Source: Gammaproteobacteria bacterium
Lineage (GTDB): Bacteria; Pseudomonadota; Gammaproteobacteria; Magnimaribacterales; AG-339-G14
DNA length: 64,000 nt
Direction of reading: 5' to 3'
Assembly (NCBI GenBank): GCA_003331625.1
Contig: QOPF01000002.1
Span: 1,482-65,481, forward strand
This document shows positions 31,832 to 43,034 of this stretch, piece by piece. A program made the translations under genes and the position numbers. Below the pieces are notes generated by a model that searched no databases, was not told the DNA's origin, and saw only the letters and a program-made list of their open reading frames with translations. Positions within the stretch are counted from its first letter, which is position 1, and each line of letters starts with the position of its first letter.

Positions 31832-32841
31832 TTAATTTTGCTTATGAGGCGTTCTAAAATTTGCATACTATTTAAAGCAGCTCCCTTTCTTAAATTATCT
31901 GAAATAACCCAAAAGTTTACTCTATTTTTTTGCCATAAATCTTCTCTAATGCTTCCTACGAAAACTGCGTCATCTCCTTCGGCATCATCAAGTGGATTAG
32001 GATTAAAGCTATCATTTGATTCGACTACTTTTAGACCGGAAAAAGAATTCATTTTAGAAATCATTTCTTCTATATTGACATCTTTTTCCGTTTCTACGTG
32101 AACGGCTTCAGAATGCCCATAAAAAACTGGTACACGTGCGCAAGATGATGATATTTTTATACTATCATCTAAAATTTTTTGAGCTTCCCAAGTCATTTTC
32201 ATTTCTTCTTCGGTATAGCCATTATCAAGTTTTGGCCTCACAGCTCCAGGAAGAACATTAAAAGCAATTTGAGATTTATAAACTTTTTTTTCTACTTTTT
32301 TTTGCTCTAGAAATTTTTTTGATTGAAGTTTCAGTTCTTCAATTGCATCTTGTCCGGTGCCAGAGACTGATTGATATGTTGCTACATCTACTCTTTTAAC
32401 TTTATATAAATCATGAATTGGCTTTAAAGCAATCAAAAGCTGAGAAACAGAACAGTTTGGATTAGAAATAATTTCAGGAAGCGGTAGTTTATCTAATATT
32501 TCTCCATTTACTTCAGGAATAATAAGAGGAACATTGTCATCCCTTCTAAAGCAAGAAGAATTATCTATCACAGTACAACCTAGTTTTTTTGCTTTAGGAG
32601 CGTATTTTTTTGCAACTTCTGAGCCAGCAGAAAAAAAAGCAAAATCTACTGAGGAAAAATTAAAACTTTCAATATCTTCAACTTTTATTTCAGAATTTTC
32701 TATTTTTATAATTTTTCCAGCTGATCTTTTACTCGCAACAATTTTTATCTCATCTAAGTCAAGTTTGTGATTATTCAAATAGTCAATAAATACCCTTCCT
32801 ACGGCTCCAGTTCCTCCAACTATTGCTAATTTATGAGACAT
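31828..32841 (-). CDS. asd: aspartate-semialdehyde dehydrogenase (short, about 337-aa type)
   Basis: It has VGGTGAVG, the active-site Cys in SNPNCSVSQ, and TYQSVSGTG. It also has the catalytic His block GHSEAVHVE and ISDNLRKGAA. Retention of Cys and His argues against a USG-1-like paralogue. Confidence 0.88.
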   Translation of the reverse strand: MSHKLAIVGGTGAVGRVFIDYLNNHKLDLDEIKIVASKRSAGKIIKIENSEIKVEDIESFNFSSVDFAFFSAGSEVAKKYAPKAKKLGCTVIDNSSCFRRDDNVPLIIPEVNGEILDKLPLPEIISNPNCSVSQLLIALKPIHDLYKVKRVDVATYQSVSGTGQDAIEELKLQSKKFLEQKKVEKKVYKSQIAFNVLPGAVRPKLDNGYTEEEMKMTWEAQKILDDSIKISSSCARVPVFYGHSEAVHVETEKDVNIEEMISKMNSFSGLKVVESNDSFNPNPLDDAEGDDAVFVGSIREDLWQKNRVNFWVISDNLRKGAALNSMQILERLISKIK

Positions 32842-33895
32842 AATTTGCTATTTTATCTCCCATTTCAGATGTAGAAACTATTATTGAATTTTTTTGAGCA
32901 ATATCCTTTGTTGCAAATCCTTCGGAAAGTACTTTTTTAACGGCACTATGTATTTTTTCTGAAATCAATGGTTCTCCAAAAGAATATTTCATCAACATTC
33001 CAACTGACAATATTGTTGCAATGGGATTGACTATACCTTGTCCAGCAATGTCTGGAGCTGATCCATGTACAGGTTCATACAAACCTTTTAAATTTTCATT
33101 TAATGATGCTGATGGCAGCATTCCTATGGAACCTGTCAGCATTGCTGATATATCAGAAAGAATATCTCCAAAAAGATTTGACGAGACTATTACATCAAAT
33201 TGCTTTGGATCTCTTACAAGTTGCATAGCTGCATTATCTACTAGCATATGTTCTACATCCACTTCAGGGTATAGTATTGATTTTTTATCTACCACTTCTC
33301 TCCAGAGTTGAGAAACTTCTAAGACATTAGCTTTATCAACAGAGCAAAGCTTTTTAGATCTTTCCATAGCACTTTTGAAAGCTACCTCAACAATTCTTTC
33401 AATTTCTGATGATTTATAAATCATAGTATTAAATGCGAATTTATTATTTTTTTCTCTGGGTTCTCCAAAGTAAATCCCGCTTGTTAACTCTCTAACAATT
33501 AATAAATCTAGATCTTTAATCTTTTCTTCCTTTAAAGAAGAGGAATGAATTATTTCTTTGAAAGAAATTGCAGGTCTTAAATTAGCAAAGAAATTTAGTT
33601 TAGACCTAAGATCTAAAAGCCCTTTCTCAGGTTTTTCTGAAGGGGATAAATCATCCCATTTTTTTCCGCCTACCGCTCCGAGAATAATTGAATCTGAACT
33701 ATTAGCTTTCTTTATTACTTCTGAAGTTAGAGGACTTTTATATTTATCTATTGAAGCTCCGCCAATAAGATCAAAGTCCAGTTCTAAATTAAAATTTAAA
33801 TTAGATAAGCTTTTCAATACTTTTACTGCTTCTTCGCAGACTTCAGGTCCCACGCCATCGCCAGGAAGAATCAAAATTTTTTTTGTAGGCTTCAT
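32831..33895 (-). CDS. leuB: 3-isopropylmalate dehydrogenase
   Basis: It has ILILPGDGVGPEV and NLFGDILSD. I prefer the ATG at 33895, which forms an ATGA overlap with the leuD stop. The track start at 33907 is a TTG four codons upstream. Confidence 0.95.
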   Translation of the reverse strand: MKPTKKILILPGDGVGPEVCEEAVKVLKSLSNLNFNLELDFDLIGGASIDKYKSPLTSEVIKKANSSDSIILGAVGGKKWDDLSPSEKPEKGLLDLRSKLNFFANLRPAISFKEIIHSSSLKEEKIKDLDLLIVRELTSGIYFGEPREKNNKFAFNTMIYKSSEIERIVEVAFKSAMERSKKLCSVDKANVLEVSQLWREVVDKKSILYPEVDVEHMLVDNAAMQLVRDPKQFDVIVSSNLFGDILSDISAMLTGSIGMLPSASLNENLKGLYEPVHGSAPDIAGQGIVNPIATILSVGMLMKYSFGEPLISEKIHSAVKKVLSEGFATKDIAQKNSIIVSTSEMGDKIANYVS

Positions 33896-34530
33896 TTGAA
33901 TAACCAAGGATTTTTTTTCTTATAGTTTCTTTCAAATAACTTTATTTGATTGCTAAGTTTCAGTGACGAGCCAATTTCATCTAATCCTTCAAGAAGACAA
34001 TTTTTTTTATAGTCATCAATTTTAAAATTCACATATTTATTTTTTAAATAAATTTTTTGATTAATTAAATCTACCTCTAAGCTGTTAGCCTCATTTATAT
34101 CAAAATTTTTAAAAATGCCTTCAATAATATCTGCATCTAATATGATAGCTAAGAGGCCATTTTTGAAACAGTTGTTATAGAAAATGTCTGCAAATGATTC
34201 GGCTATGACTGTTTTAATACCGAAATCTTTTAAAGCCCAAACAGCATGTTCTCTGCTCGATCCACATCCAAAATTTTCTCTAGCAACAAGAATACTTGAA
34301 TCTAAAAAGATTTTATTATTCAAAATGAATTTATCGTTCACTATCCTTTTTGATGATTTTTTTTCAAGAGTGCCTTCATCTAGATATCTCCATGCATCGA
34401 AAAGATTTTCTCCAAATCCAGTTTTCTTAATAGATTTTAAAAATTGCTTAGGAATAATTTGATCTGTATCCACATTAGATTTATCAAGGCAAACATATGT
34501 TCCTGAAAATTCATTAGATATTTGTTTCAT
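33892..34530 (-). CDS. leuD: 3-isopropylmalate dehydratase small subunit
   Basis: It has [11 protein letters not shown] and [13 protein letters not shown]. It forms an ATGA overlap with the leuC stop. Confidence 0.94.
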   Translation of the reverse strand: MKQISNEFSGTYVCLDKSNVDTDQIIPKQFLKSIKKTGFGENLFDAWRYLDEGTLEKKSSKRIVNDKFILNNKIFLDSSILVARENFGCGSSREHAVWALKDFGIKTVIAESFADIFYNNCFKNGLLAIILDADIIEGIFKNFDINEANSLEVDLINQKIYLKNKYVNFKIDDYKKNCLLEGLDEIGSSLKLSNQIKLFERNYKKKNPWLFK

Positions 34531-35933
34531 TTAACCTCTCTAACATCAACAAATTTTCCTTCAATAGCTGCAGCGGCAGCCATAGCTGGGCTGACTAAAT
34601 GAGTTCTTCCTTTATAACCTTGACGACCTTCAAAATTTCTATTTGAGGTAGAAGCACATCTGTCTTCTTGTCCAAGCTGATCTGGATTCATTCCTAAGCA
34701 CATAGAACAACCAGCATCTCTCCATGAAAATCCTGCATCTATAAAAATCTCATCTAAGCCTTCTTCTTCTGCTTGTTTTTTTACTAATCCAGATCCTGGA
34801 ACAACTAATGCTCTTTTAATTCTTTTAGATATTTTATTACCCTTGAGAATTTCTGCAGCTATTCGTAAGTCTTCAATCCTTGAATTTGTGCATGATCCTA
34901 TAAAAACTTGATCTAAAAAAATATCTGTTAATTTCATTCCAGATTTCAATCCCATATAAATAAGGGCATCTTGGTAATTTTCTGCATTTTTAAATTCTAG
35001 TGGATTAGGAATTTTCTCATTTATTGAGGTTACCATTTCTGGAGAAGTACCCCAGGTGACTTGGGGTAGAATTTCGCTAGCAGAATAGTCATGCTCAATA
35101 TCAAACAAGGCATCGTCATCAGATTTTAATGATTTCCAATATTCTTTTGCTTTTTTAAAAATTTCTCCAGAGGGACAAAAAGGTTTATTTTCAATATAAC
35201 TAAAAGTTGTCTCATCAGGAGCTACCATTCCAGATCTTGCTCCCGCTTCAATTGCCATATTACAAAGAGTCATCCTTCCTTCCATAGATAAACTTTCGAT
35301 AGTATCTCCAGCATATTCGATGTTGTAACCTGTCCCTCCAGCAGTTCCTATCTTTCCTATAATGAACATCGTCACATCCTTTGCTGAAACTCTTTCAGGT
35401 AAATTTCCTTTTACATTAATCCTCATATTCTTTTGTTTATTTGAGATTAAGCATTGAGTAGCCAAAACATGTTCAACTTCACTTGTTCCAATACCCATTG
35501 CTAAAGCACCAAATGCTCCATGCGTTGAAGTATGCGAATCTCCACAAACAACAGTCATACCTGGCAGAGTCAGTCCTTGTTCGGGTCCAATAACATGAAC
35601 TATTCCCTGTCTTGAATCATTTAAATTAAAATATTCAAGATCATATTCTCTTACATTCTTTTCAAGAGTGACTACTTGTAGCTTGCTTATTGGATCATTA
35701 ATTCCTTTTACTCCATCAGATCTATTTTCTGTTGGAACGTTATGATCAGGCGTAGCAATGATTGAATCAATACGCCAAGGTTTAATGCTTCTTTCTCTAA
35801 GACCATCAAAAGCTTGTGGAGAGGTAACTTCATGTATTAAGTGCCGATCAATATAAATTAATGAGCTGCCATCATCTTTTTTAGCAACGTGATGAGCTTC
35901 CCATAACTTATCGTATAAAGTTTTTGAAGACAT
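34527..35933 (-). CDS. leuC: 3-isopropylmalate dehydratase large subunit
   Basis: It has the aconitase-family Fe-S ligand blocks [18 protein letters not shown] and CSMCLGMN. Confidence 0.96.
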   Translation of the reverse strand: MSSKTLYDKLWEAHHVAKKDDGSSLIYIDRHLIHEVTSPQAFDGLRERSIKPWRIDSIIATPDHNVPTENRSDGVKGINDPISKLQVVTLEKNVREYDLEYFNLNDSRQGIVHVIGPEQGLTLPGMTVVCGDSHTSTHGAFGALAMGIGTSEVEHVLATQCLISNKQKNMRINVKGNLPERVSAKDVTMFIIGKIGTAGGTGYNIEYAGDTIESLSMEGRMTLCNMAIEAGARSGMVAPDETTFSYIENKPFCPSGEIFKKAKEYWKSLKSDDDALFDIEHDYSASEILPQVTWGTSPEMVTSINEKIPNPLEFKNAENYQDALIYMGLKSGMKLTDIFLDQVFIGSCTNSRIEDLRIAAEILKGNKISKRIKRALVVPGSGLVKKQAEEEGLDEIFIDAGFSWRDAGCSMCLGMNPDQLGQEDRCASTSNRNFEGRQGYKGRTHLVSPAMAAAAAIEGKFVDVREVK

Positions 35934-37030
35934 TATTTTCTGGATTTAATGGGCTTTAATTTAATTTTTACATCAGAGTTTTGAGCTCTATTTCTTAAAA
36001 AATGATCCATAAGTGTTATGGCTACCATTGCTTCAGCAATTGGGGTCGCCCTTAATCCAACACAGGGATCATGCCTGCCTTTAGTTTGAACTTTCACAGA
36101 CTTGCCAGATTTATTAATCGATTTGCCTGAAGATAAAATACTTGATGTAGGTTTTAAAGCAATACTCGCGAAGATATCTTGTCCAGTAGAAATTCCGCCA
36201 GTGGTGCCTCCAGAATTATTGGACATAAAACCTAAAGGAGAAATTTCATCTCTATTCTCAGTGCCTTTCAAAGATACAACTTCAAACCCCTTTCCAATTT
36301 CAACTCCTTTAACAGCATTGATACCCATTAATCCATGAGCAAGATCTGCATCTAATTTATCGAAAACAGGTTCTCCAAGTCCTGGTGGAACATTTTTTGC
36401 AATGATTGAAATCTTTGCTCCTATAGAATCACCTTCTTTTCTTAATCTATCAACAAGGTTTTCAATTTCCCTAACTATTTTTTTATCAGGACAGAAAAAA
36501 GGATTCTTTTTAATTTGGCTTTTAGAAAAAGTATTAATTTTTATGTCTCCTATTTGAGATAAAAAACCAAAAATTTCTATCTTTAATTTTTGCTTCAAGA
36601 ATTTTTTTGCTATAGCTCCTGCAGCAACTCTCATTACGGTTTCCCTTGCAGAAGATCTACCTCCTCCTCTGTAATCTCTAATGCCATATTTTTGAAAATA
36701 GCCATAATCAGCATGAGAAGGTCTGAAAACATCTTTAATATTTTTATAGTCCTTACTTTTATGATCCTTATTTCTGACAATTAATCCAATGGGTGTTCCA
36801 GTAGTTTTGCCTTCAAAGATTCCAGAAAGAATTTCTATTTGATCAGGTTCTTTTCTTTGAGTTGTATATTTATTTGATCCAGGTTTTCTTAAATCTAATT
36901 CATCCTGAATTTCTTTAGTTGATATCGGTAATCCAGGCGGGCAGCCATCAATAATGCATCCTAAAGCTACGCCATGACTTTCTCCAAAAGTCGTAACTGA
37001 AAATATTTTTCCAATAGTATTTCCTGACAT
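35933..37030 (-). CDS. aroC: chorismate synthase
   Basis: It has [16 protein letters not shown] and KGRHDPCVG. The stop overlaps the leuC ATG (TAATG). Confidence 0.95.
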   Translation of the reverse strand: MSGNTIGKIFSVTTFGESHGVALGCIIDGCPPGLPISTKEIQDELDLRKPGSNKYTTQRKEPDQIEILSGIFEGKTTGTPIGLIVRNKDHKSKDYKNIKDVFRPSHADYGYFQKYGIRDYRGGGRSSARETVMRVAAGAIAKKFLKQKLKIEIFGFLSQIGDIKINTFSKSQIKKNPFFCPDKKIVREIENLVDRLRKEGDSIGAKISIIAKNVPPGLGEPVFDKLDADLAHGLMGINAVKGVEIGKGFEVVSLKGTENRDEISPLGFMSNNSGGTTGGISTGQDIFASIALKPTSSILSSGKSINKSGKSVKVQTKGRHDPCVGLRATPIAEAMVAITLMDHFLRNRAQNSDVKIKLKPIKSRK

Positions 37031-37086
37031 ATCGCTTTACACTTAAAAGGGAGATTATAAGCTATTAATCGTCCTTACTCGAATAG

Positions 37087-37740
37087 ATGGAAAAATTAAG
37101 ATTTAGTTCAGTTTTTTGGGATTTTGGTGGTGTTATAACTTCAAGTCCATTTGAAGCTTTTTCAAGGTATGAAGAGAATAATAATTTACCAAAAGACTTT
37201 ATAAGAAAAGTAAATTCAACCAATCATAAATATAACGCTTGGGCTAAGCTTGAACAATCTAAAATAAGTCTTTTAGAATTCGATATTTTATTCAAAGAAG
37301 AAAGTAAATCATTAGGATACGAGGTGAGTGGTGAACAAATCCTTAATCTTTTACAGGGAAGTGTAAGGCCTGAAATGGTCAAAACTTTAGAAATATTAAA
37401 ACAAAATAATATTCTTCTGGCTTGTTTAACAAATAATTTTGATTCGGGAGAGAAAGATAATTCGCCTCTTGATGATGTTAATGAAGAAAGGTCAAAAATA
37501 ATGAATAATTTTGATTACATAATAGAATCAAAAGAATTAGGATTAAGAAAACCAGATTTAGATTTTTATCTTAAGGCTTTAGAAATAACAAAAGCTAATC
37601 CTAAAGAAACTATCTTTCTTGATGACTTAGGTATTAATTTAAAACCCGCAAAAGAATTAGGTATGACTACTATAAAGGTCCTTAACAGCAAGCAAGCTTT
37701 GAAAGAATTATCTGAATTGATTGGAATTTGTTTTGAATAA
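37087..37740 (+). CDS. HAD-superfamily hydrolase (subfamily IA, epoxide-hydrolase-N-terminal-like phosphatase)
   Basis: Motif I is FWDFGGVIT, motif II is CLTNN, and motif IV is FLDDLGINLKPAKELGM. Confidence 0.75.
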   Translation: MEKLRFSSVFWDFGGVITSSPFEAFSRYEENNNLPKDFIRKVNSTNHKYNAWAKLEQSKISLLEFDILFKEESKSLGYEVSGEQILNLLQGSVRPEMVKTLEILKQNNILLACLTNNFDSGEKDNSPLDDVNEERSKIMNNFDYIIESKELGLRKPDLDFYLKALEITKANPKETIFLDDLGINLKPAKELGMTTIKVLNSKQALKELSELIGICFE

Positions 37741-39841
37741 ATTATTCCTACTTATTTTTTCTCTTATTTTTGTCAGTTGTCAGATAAATATACTGGAACA
37801 GGAAAATAGGATTATTGAAGAAGCAAATAAGTACCAGGCAGAAATAACTAGAGATATATGGGGGGTTCCACATGTTTATGGAAAACGTAATTCTGATATG
37901 GCTTTTGGTATTGCCTTTGCTCATGCTGAAGATGACATAAAAAATATTGCTGAGAATATGTATTTATATAGAGCTCAAATGGGCTTGAAAGAAGGCGCTG
38001 ATGGAGCAGTAATAGATTATTTAATCAAGGCTTTAAAAATAAGAGAAAGGATAGACGAACAGTATGATTCCGAACTATCTTTAGAAGTACGAGAAATTAT
38101 CGAGGCATATGCAATAGGCCTAAATTACTGGATGATTGAAAATCCAAATAACAAATTTAAAAAGCACTTTCCTTTTACACCAAAAGATATTGTTGCAGGA
38201 TTTGCTATTCAAAATTTACTATTTTCTGGAGTTGTAACCTCTATACAAAAATTAGAAAAATTGAATGGAAATTCTGAACAAAGCTTTTCAAATTTATTTG
38301 AAAATGAGAATTTTGTTATAGGATCGAATGCTTATGCAATAAATTCAGAAAAAAGTAATGACGGTTCTACAAGGCTAATGATAAATTCTCATCAGCCGCT
38401 TGAGGGGCCTTTAGCTTGGTACGAAGCTCATATTCGAAGCGATGAAGGTATAAATATTATGGGTGGCTTATTTCCTGGATCGCCATTTATTTTTGTAGGT
38501 TTCAATGAAAATTTAGGATGGGGCTTTACTGTAAATAAACCCGATTTAACTGACATTTATAGATTAGTTATTAATCCAAATAATAGTAATCAATATTTGT
38601 TGGATGATGAATGGGTAGATTTAAAAGTTGAAGAAATAGAACTGCCGGTAAAAATATTTGGACCTATAAGTTGGACTGTTAAAAGAGATGTTAAGTATTC
38701 TAAGCATGGTCCAGTAATTGAAATTGGAAAAAAATCCTATGCTTTAAGATTTTCGGGAATGGAAGATATCAAACAAGTTGATCAATGGTTTAGACTTAAT
38801 AAAGCATCAAATCTTCAAGAGTGGCAGGACGCCATGAATATGAGATCGATAATTTCTTTCAATGGAATTTATGCAGATAAAGAAGGAAATATATTTTTTA
38901 TTCACAATTCATCTTCTCCGAAAAGACTCGAAGGTTTAGATTGGAAAGACTTAGTAGATGGATCTAGATCAAAATACATATGGAATGACTATGTAGCTTT
39001 AAACGAAATACCACAAATTCTTAACCCGTCCTCAGGATGGTTAGCAAGTACTAATCAAGATCCTTTTAAAGTTTCAGCTCCATCAGATAATCTTAAAAAG
39101 GAGAATTATTCTGCAACTTTGGGTCTTCAAACTAGAATGACGAATAGAGCTTATCGAATAAAAGAATTGTTCATGGAAAATAATAAAATTTCTGAAATTG
39201 ATTTTGATAACTTTAAATTTGATAATTCCTATTCAAAAAGCTCAAGGTCCTATAAATATGTATCAACTATATTTGATAAAGAGTTTGTAGAAGACAAACT
39301 AATAGAAGGTCAAAAAATTCTTAAAGATTGGAATTTGAAAACTGATTTAAGTAACAAATCAGCCGCACTAGGAGTTTGTGTGCTAAGTCCAGAATGGCTA
39401 GCTGAACAAGAAGGAATCGCCCCTCCTGATACTGAAGAAGTTTTTAGAGACTGTGTTAGTGATATTGACAAGAAATATGGAAGACTTGATCCAGAATGGT
39501 CAGAAAGAAATTTCATGTACAGGGGAGATAGAAAAGTTCCTGTGCAAGGTGGTCCAGATGTTCTTAGAGCTATATATGGTCTTGAAGAAATTGATAATGA
39601 CCTAAAAGCCGTAGGAGGAGATGGTCTCTACATTCACATAAGCTGGGATAAGGAAGGCTCTCAGGATTCTAAAAGCATTCATCAATATGGCAGTGCAACT
39701 CAAGATAATGAATCCAAGCATTACGATAACCAACTTGAGCTATTTATTGAAGAAAAATATAAGGATACTTTTTTTAAAAAAAGTGACCTTAAAGATAATA
39801 TTGAAAAACAATATTTAGTGCCTTTCAAACAGTCTCAATAG
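37721..39841 (+). CDS. penicillin acylase-family Ntn hydrolase (possible acyl-homoserine-lactone acylase), probable lipoprotein
   Basis: The family nucleophile context is VIGSNAYAINS. N-terminal FAHAEDD is typical of the alpha-subunit. The signal peptide ends IFVSC (lipobox-like). The start is TTG at 37721, or TTG at 37733 (MNKLFLL..); there is no ATG nearby. Confidence 0.8.
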   Translation: MEFVLNKLFLLIFSLIFVSCQINILEQENRIIEEANKYQAEITRDIWGVPHVYGKRNSDMAFGIAFAHAEDDIKNIAENMYLYRAQMGLKEGADGAVIDYLIKALKIRERIDEQYDSELSLEVREIIEAYAIGLNYWMIENPNNKFKKHFPFTPKDIVAGFAIQNLLFSGVVTSIQKLEKLNGNSEQSFSNLFENENFVIGSNAYAINSEKSNDGSTRLMINSHQPLEGPLAWYEAHIRSDEGINIMGGLFPGSPFIFVGFNENLGWGFTVNKPDLTDIYRLVINPNNSNQYLLDDEWVDLKVEEIELPVKIFGPISWTVKRDVKYSKHGPVIEIGKKSYALRFSGMEDIKQVDQWFRLNKASNLQEWQDAMNMRSIISFNGIYADKEGNIFFIHNSSSPKRLEGLDWKDLVDGSRSKYIWNDYVALNEIPQILNPSSGWLASTNQDPFKVSAPSDNLKKENYSATLGLQTRMTNRAYRIKELFMENNKISEIDFDNFKFDNSYSKSSRSYKYVSTIFDKEFVEDKLIEGQKILKDWNLKTDLSNKSAALGVCVLSPEWLAEQEGIAPPDTEEVFRDCVSDIDKKYGRLDPEWSERNFMYRGDRKVPVQGGPDVLRAIYGLEEIDNDLKAVGGDGLYIHISWDKEGSQDSKSIHQYGSATQDNESKHYDNQLELFIEEKYKDTFFKKSDLKDNIEKQYLVPFKQSQ

Positions 39842-40436
39842 CTTTTTTGAAAGCTGGTCTATTCTCTATATTATCTAGATATCTTTTTAAATTCTTCATC
39901 TCATCTGAAATACAACCCATTCGGTTAGACATAAAGCATGAGTGGCCAAGCATTACGTCTGCTGCTGAAAAATCACCTATAAGATAATCTTTTCCTTCAA
40001 GATCTTTTTCTATGGGCTCTAAAGCTCTAGAAAGCAACCTTTGCGCTTGTCCTAAAACGGTCTGATCTCTTCGGTCTTCTGGAAGAAGAATCGTATGCAC
40101 CACTATAGTATTCATTGGTGGCATAACCATGCCTTCACAATAATGAAACCATTGTAGATATTTTGGGTATTCTGGAGAGTCAACTTCAGGCTTAAGGCCT
40201 CCATTTTTATGACGACTGAGAATATATTCAACGATGGCTCCTGATTCCCAAATTGAAATATCTCCATCTTCCAAAACAGGAACCCTACCTAAAGGATGTC
40301 TAGCCTTGTGCTCATCTGATTTGAGATCAGTCGGATGGAATGCCATCTTATTTAGTTCATATGGCAATTCTAATTCTTCTAATAACCATAAAATTCTTCC
40401 AGCTCTTGAATTTGGTGCAAAATGAAGTTTCAACAT
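39825..40436 (-). CDS. glutathione S-transferase
   Basis: It has a thioredoxin-like N-domain (HPLGRVPVLEDGD, WESGAIVEY) and a helical C-domain. The length is 203 aa. Confidence 0.85.
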   Translation of the reverse strand: MLKLHFAPNSRAGRILWLLEELELPYELNKMAFHPTDLKSDEHKARHPLGRVPVLEDGDISIWESGAIVEYILSRHKNGGLKPEVDSPEYPKYLQWFHYCEGMVMPPMNTIVVHTILLPEDRRDQTVLGQAQRLLSRALEPIEKDLEGKDYLIGDFSAADVMLGHSCFMSNRMGCISDEMKNLKRYLDNIENRPAFKKAIETV

Positions 40437-40458
40437 AAATTTCTCCCTCTTAATTTAT

Positions 40459-41907
40459 TTATTCTTTTATTAATAATTCCATAAAGTCTGTAACTGAAGT
40501 ATTTTCAAGTTCTAACTGATCGTTACAAATATCAAGGATTTTATTTGCTCGACTAGATGAAAACTGAGTTTTAAGATTTTCTTCGAATTTATTTATTAGA
40601 ACAGGTATGCCCTCTTCTCTTCTTCGTCTATGGCCGATGGGATATTCTACTTCAATCTTTTCAGTAGAAGAACCGTCGGAAAAGAATATCTGTAGCTCGT
40701 TAGCAATAGACCTTTTTTCTGGATTAAGGTAGTCTTTTGAATAGTCTGTATTTTCTTCAACTTTCATCTTATTTCGAAGTGCGTCAATCCTTGGGTCTTG
40801 AGCAACCTCATCTTCATAATCTTCGGCAATTAAGTTTCCTTTTAGGAGGCCAATGGCAGTCATATACTGTATGCAGTGATCTCTATCTGCAGGATTATTC
40901 AATTCACCTTCTTTACTAATAATTCTGATGGCAGATTCATGGGTGATGATATTTATTTTTTCTATTTCTTCTATTCTATCAATTATTTCAGGATGAAGTT
41001 TTACTGCTGCCTCAACTGCAGTTTGGGCATGAAATTCTGCAGGAAAGGATATCTTAAACAAGATATTTTCCATGACATAACTATTAAACTCTTGAGGTAA
41101 AGAAAGTGAGCTCCCTTTGAATAAAACATCTTGAAAACCCCAAGTAGGTGCTGTAATTGCACTCGGATATCCAATTTGTCCTTTTTGGGTAATCAAAACC
41201 AAGTTTAATGCTCTACTGGTAGCATCTCCTGCTGCCCATGATTTTCTTGGGCCTGCATTAGGCGCGTGTCTGTAAGTTCTTAGACTTTGTCCATCAACAA
41301 ATGATTGAGAAACAGCATTTAAAGCTTGGTCTTTAGATAATTCCATTAAAAAAGATATTACAGCCGTGGAAGCAATTTTTACTAACAAAACATGATCTAG
41401 GCCGACTCTATTAAAACTATTCTCTAAAGCTAAAACTCCTTGAATTTCATGTGCCTTAATCATCGCAGTTAAAACATCTTTAATTTTAAGAGGTTGTTTT
41501 CCTTGAGAAATGTTTTTTTGAGATACATAGTCAGCTGCAGATAATATGCCTCCTAAATTATCAGAAGGATGTCCCCATTCAGCAGCTAGCCAAGTATCAT
41601 TAAAATCCAGCCAACGAATAATTGCACCAATATCCCAAGCCCCTTTTACGGGATCTAAAACATAATTTGTTCCTGGGACTCTTACGCCATTTGGAACAGA
41701 TGTTCCTTCTACATGAGGACCAAGTAAATTTACACAATCCTTAAAATTTAAAGCCAATAAGCCACAACCAATGGTATCCATTAGACAATAACGAGCTGTG
41801 ACATATGCTTCAGAACTCTCTATTTCTTTGTTATAGACGAAATCTACTATTTTTTTTATGGGCTCATCAAAGTCTTGACGAACATTAGTTTCGACGTTGC
41901 TGGACAT
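40459..41907 (-). CDS. prpD: 2-methylcitrate dehydratase
   Basis: It is a 482-aa MmgE/PrpD-family protein located immediately downstream of prpB-prpC. Confidence 0.9.
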   Translation of the reverse strand: MSSNVETNVRQDFDEPIKKIVDFVYNKEIESSEAYVTARYCLMDTIGCGLLALNFKDCVNLLGPHVEGTSVPNGVRVPGTNYVLDPVKGAWDIGAIIRWLDFNDTWLAAEWGHPSDNLGGILSAADYVSQKNISQGKQPLKIKDVLTAMIKAHEIQGVLALENSFNRVGLDHVLLVKIASTAVISFLMELSKDQALNAVSQSFVDGQSLRTYRHAPNAGPRKSWAAGDATSRALNLVLITQKGQIGYPSAITAPTWGFQDVLFKGSSLSLPQEFNSYVMENILFKISFPAEFHAQTAVEAAVKLHPEIIDRIEEIEKINIITHESAIRIISKEGELNNPADRDHCIQYMTAIGLLKGNLIAEDYEDEVAQDPRIDALRNKMKVEENTDYSKDYLNPEKRSIANELQIFFSDGSSTEKIEVEYPIGHRRRREEGIPVLINKFEENLKTQFSSSRANKILDICNDQLELENTSVTDFMELLIKE

Positions 41908-41909
41908 CT

Positions 41910-43031
41910 TTATCTATTCTCTATGTCTGTCCAAACAGCACTTTCCGGACCAATATATTCTTCGCTAGGCCTGATAATTCTGTTATCTGCTCTCTGCTCA
42001 AAAACATTTGCCGACCAGCCTGTTGTTCTACCTATAACGAACAAAGGTGTAAAGATGCTAGTTGGAATTCCTAAATAGTGGTAGGCAGAAGCCATAAAAA
42101 AATCTGTATTAGCAAACATATTTTTCTCTTCGTCCATTATTTTTTCTATTTCATCAGAAACTTGATATAACAATTCGTTACCATCTTGAACACTTAATTT
42201 TTCTGCCCATGCTTTTATGACTTTGTTTCTAGGATCTTCAGTTGAATACACAGCATGACCAAAGCCCATAATTTTTTCTTTTTTGCTTAATAAATCTAAA
42301 ACGCCATTTTTTGCATCTTCTCTAGATGAAAATTTTTCAATCATTTCCATTGCTGCTTCATTTGCTCCTCCGTGAAGAGGTCCTCTTAAGGTGCCTATTC
42401 CTGCAGTGATGCAAGAATGAAGATCTGAAAGTGTCGAAGCGCAGGTCCTTGAAGCAAAAGTTGATGCATTGAATCCATGTTCAGCATATAAAATTAAAGA
42501 TACATCTAAGCATCTTATGTGATCTTCTGAGGGCTCTTTGCCAGTAAGCAGTGCTAAAAACTGCCCTCCTATGCTTTCGTGATTAGTTTGGGTATCGATA
42601 CTTACTCCATCATGTGAAAATCTATACCAGTAACAGATCACTGAAGGCAAAATCGCTAAAATTCTATCAGCTGCATCATTTTGATTAGAAAAATTTCCTT
42701 CAGGTTCAAGATTTCCTAAAACAGAACACCCCGTTCTCATAACATCCATAGGATGTGCTGAGGCTGGAATAAGTTCCAGAGTTTTTATTAATTCTTCAGG
42801 AAGTTTTCGGTTGGAAATTAACTTTTGTTGATATTCATAAAGTTCAGATTTATTAGGTAAATGTCCGTATAAAAGAAGAAAAGCGACCTCTTCAAATTTA
42901 GCTTTATCAGCTAAATCTTCTATTGCATAACCTCTGTATGTTAATCCATGACCTTCTTTTCCAACTGTTGAAAGAGAAGTCTGTCCTGCAACTTGGCCAC
43001 GTAATCCCGCGCCTTCTAATTTTTTACTCAT
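41910..43031 (-). CDS. prpC: 2-methylcitrate synthase
   Basis: It has citrate-synthase signatures GPLHGGANE and [13 protein letters not shown]. At 373 aa it is the short PrpC/GltA2 type. It lies between prpB and prpD. Confidence 0.92.
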   Translation of the reverse strand: MSKKLEGAGLRGQVAGQTSLSTVGKEGHGLTYRGYAIEDLADKAKFEEVAFLLLYGHLPNKSELYEYQQKLISNRKLPEELIKTLELIPASAHPMDVMRTGCSVLGNLEPEGNFSNQNDAADRILAILPSVICYWYRFSHDGVSIDTQTNHESIGGQFLALLTGKEPSEDHIRCLDVSLILYAEHGFNASTFASRTCASTLSDLHSCITAGIGTLRGPLHGGANEAAMEMIEKFSSREDAKNGVLDLLSKKEKIMGFGHAVYSTEDPRNKVIKAWAEKLSVQDGNELLYQVSDEIEKIMDEEKNMFANTDFFMASAYHYLGIPTSIFTPLFVIGRTTGWSANVFEQRADNRIIRPSEEYIGPESAVWTDIENR

Positions 43032-43034
43032 GAA

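Noticed and set aside
31828-32841. The possibility that the 337-aa asd-like gene upstream of truA is the USG-1 paralogue (the E. coli usg position) rather than a true aspartate-semialdehyde dehydrogenase.
   Set aside because: The product keeps the catalytic Cys (NPNCSVSQ), the His block (GHSEAVHVE) and the SGTG/SDNLRKGAA blocks of functional short-type Asd enzymes. As I recall, E. coli USG-1 lacks the Cys. No second asd is present in the block.
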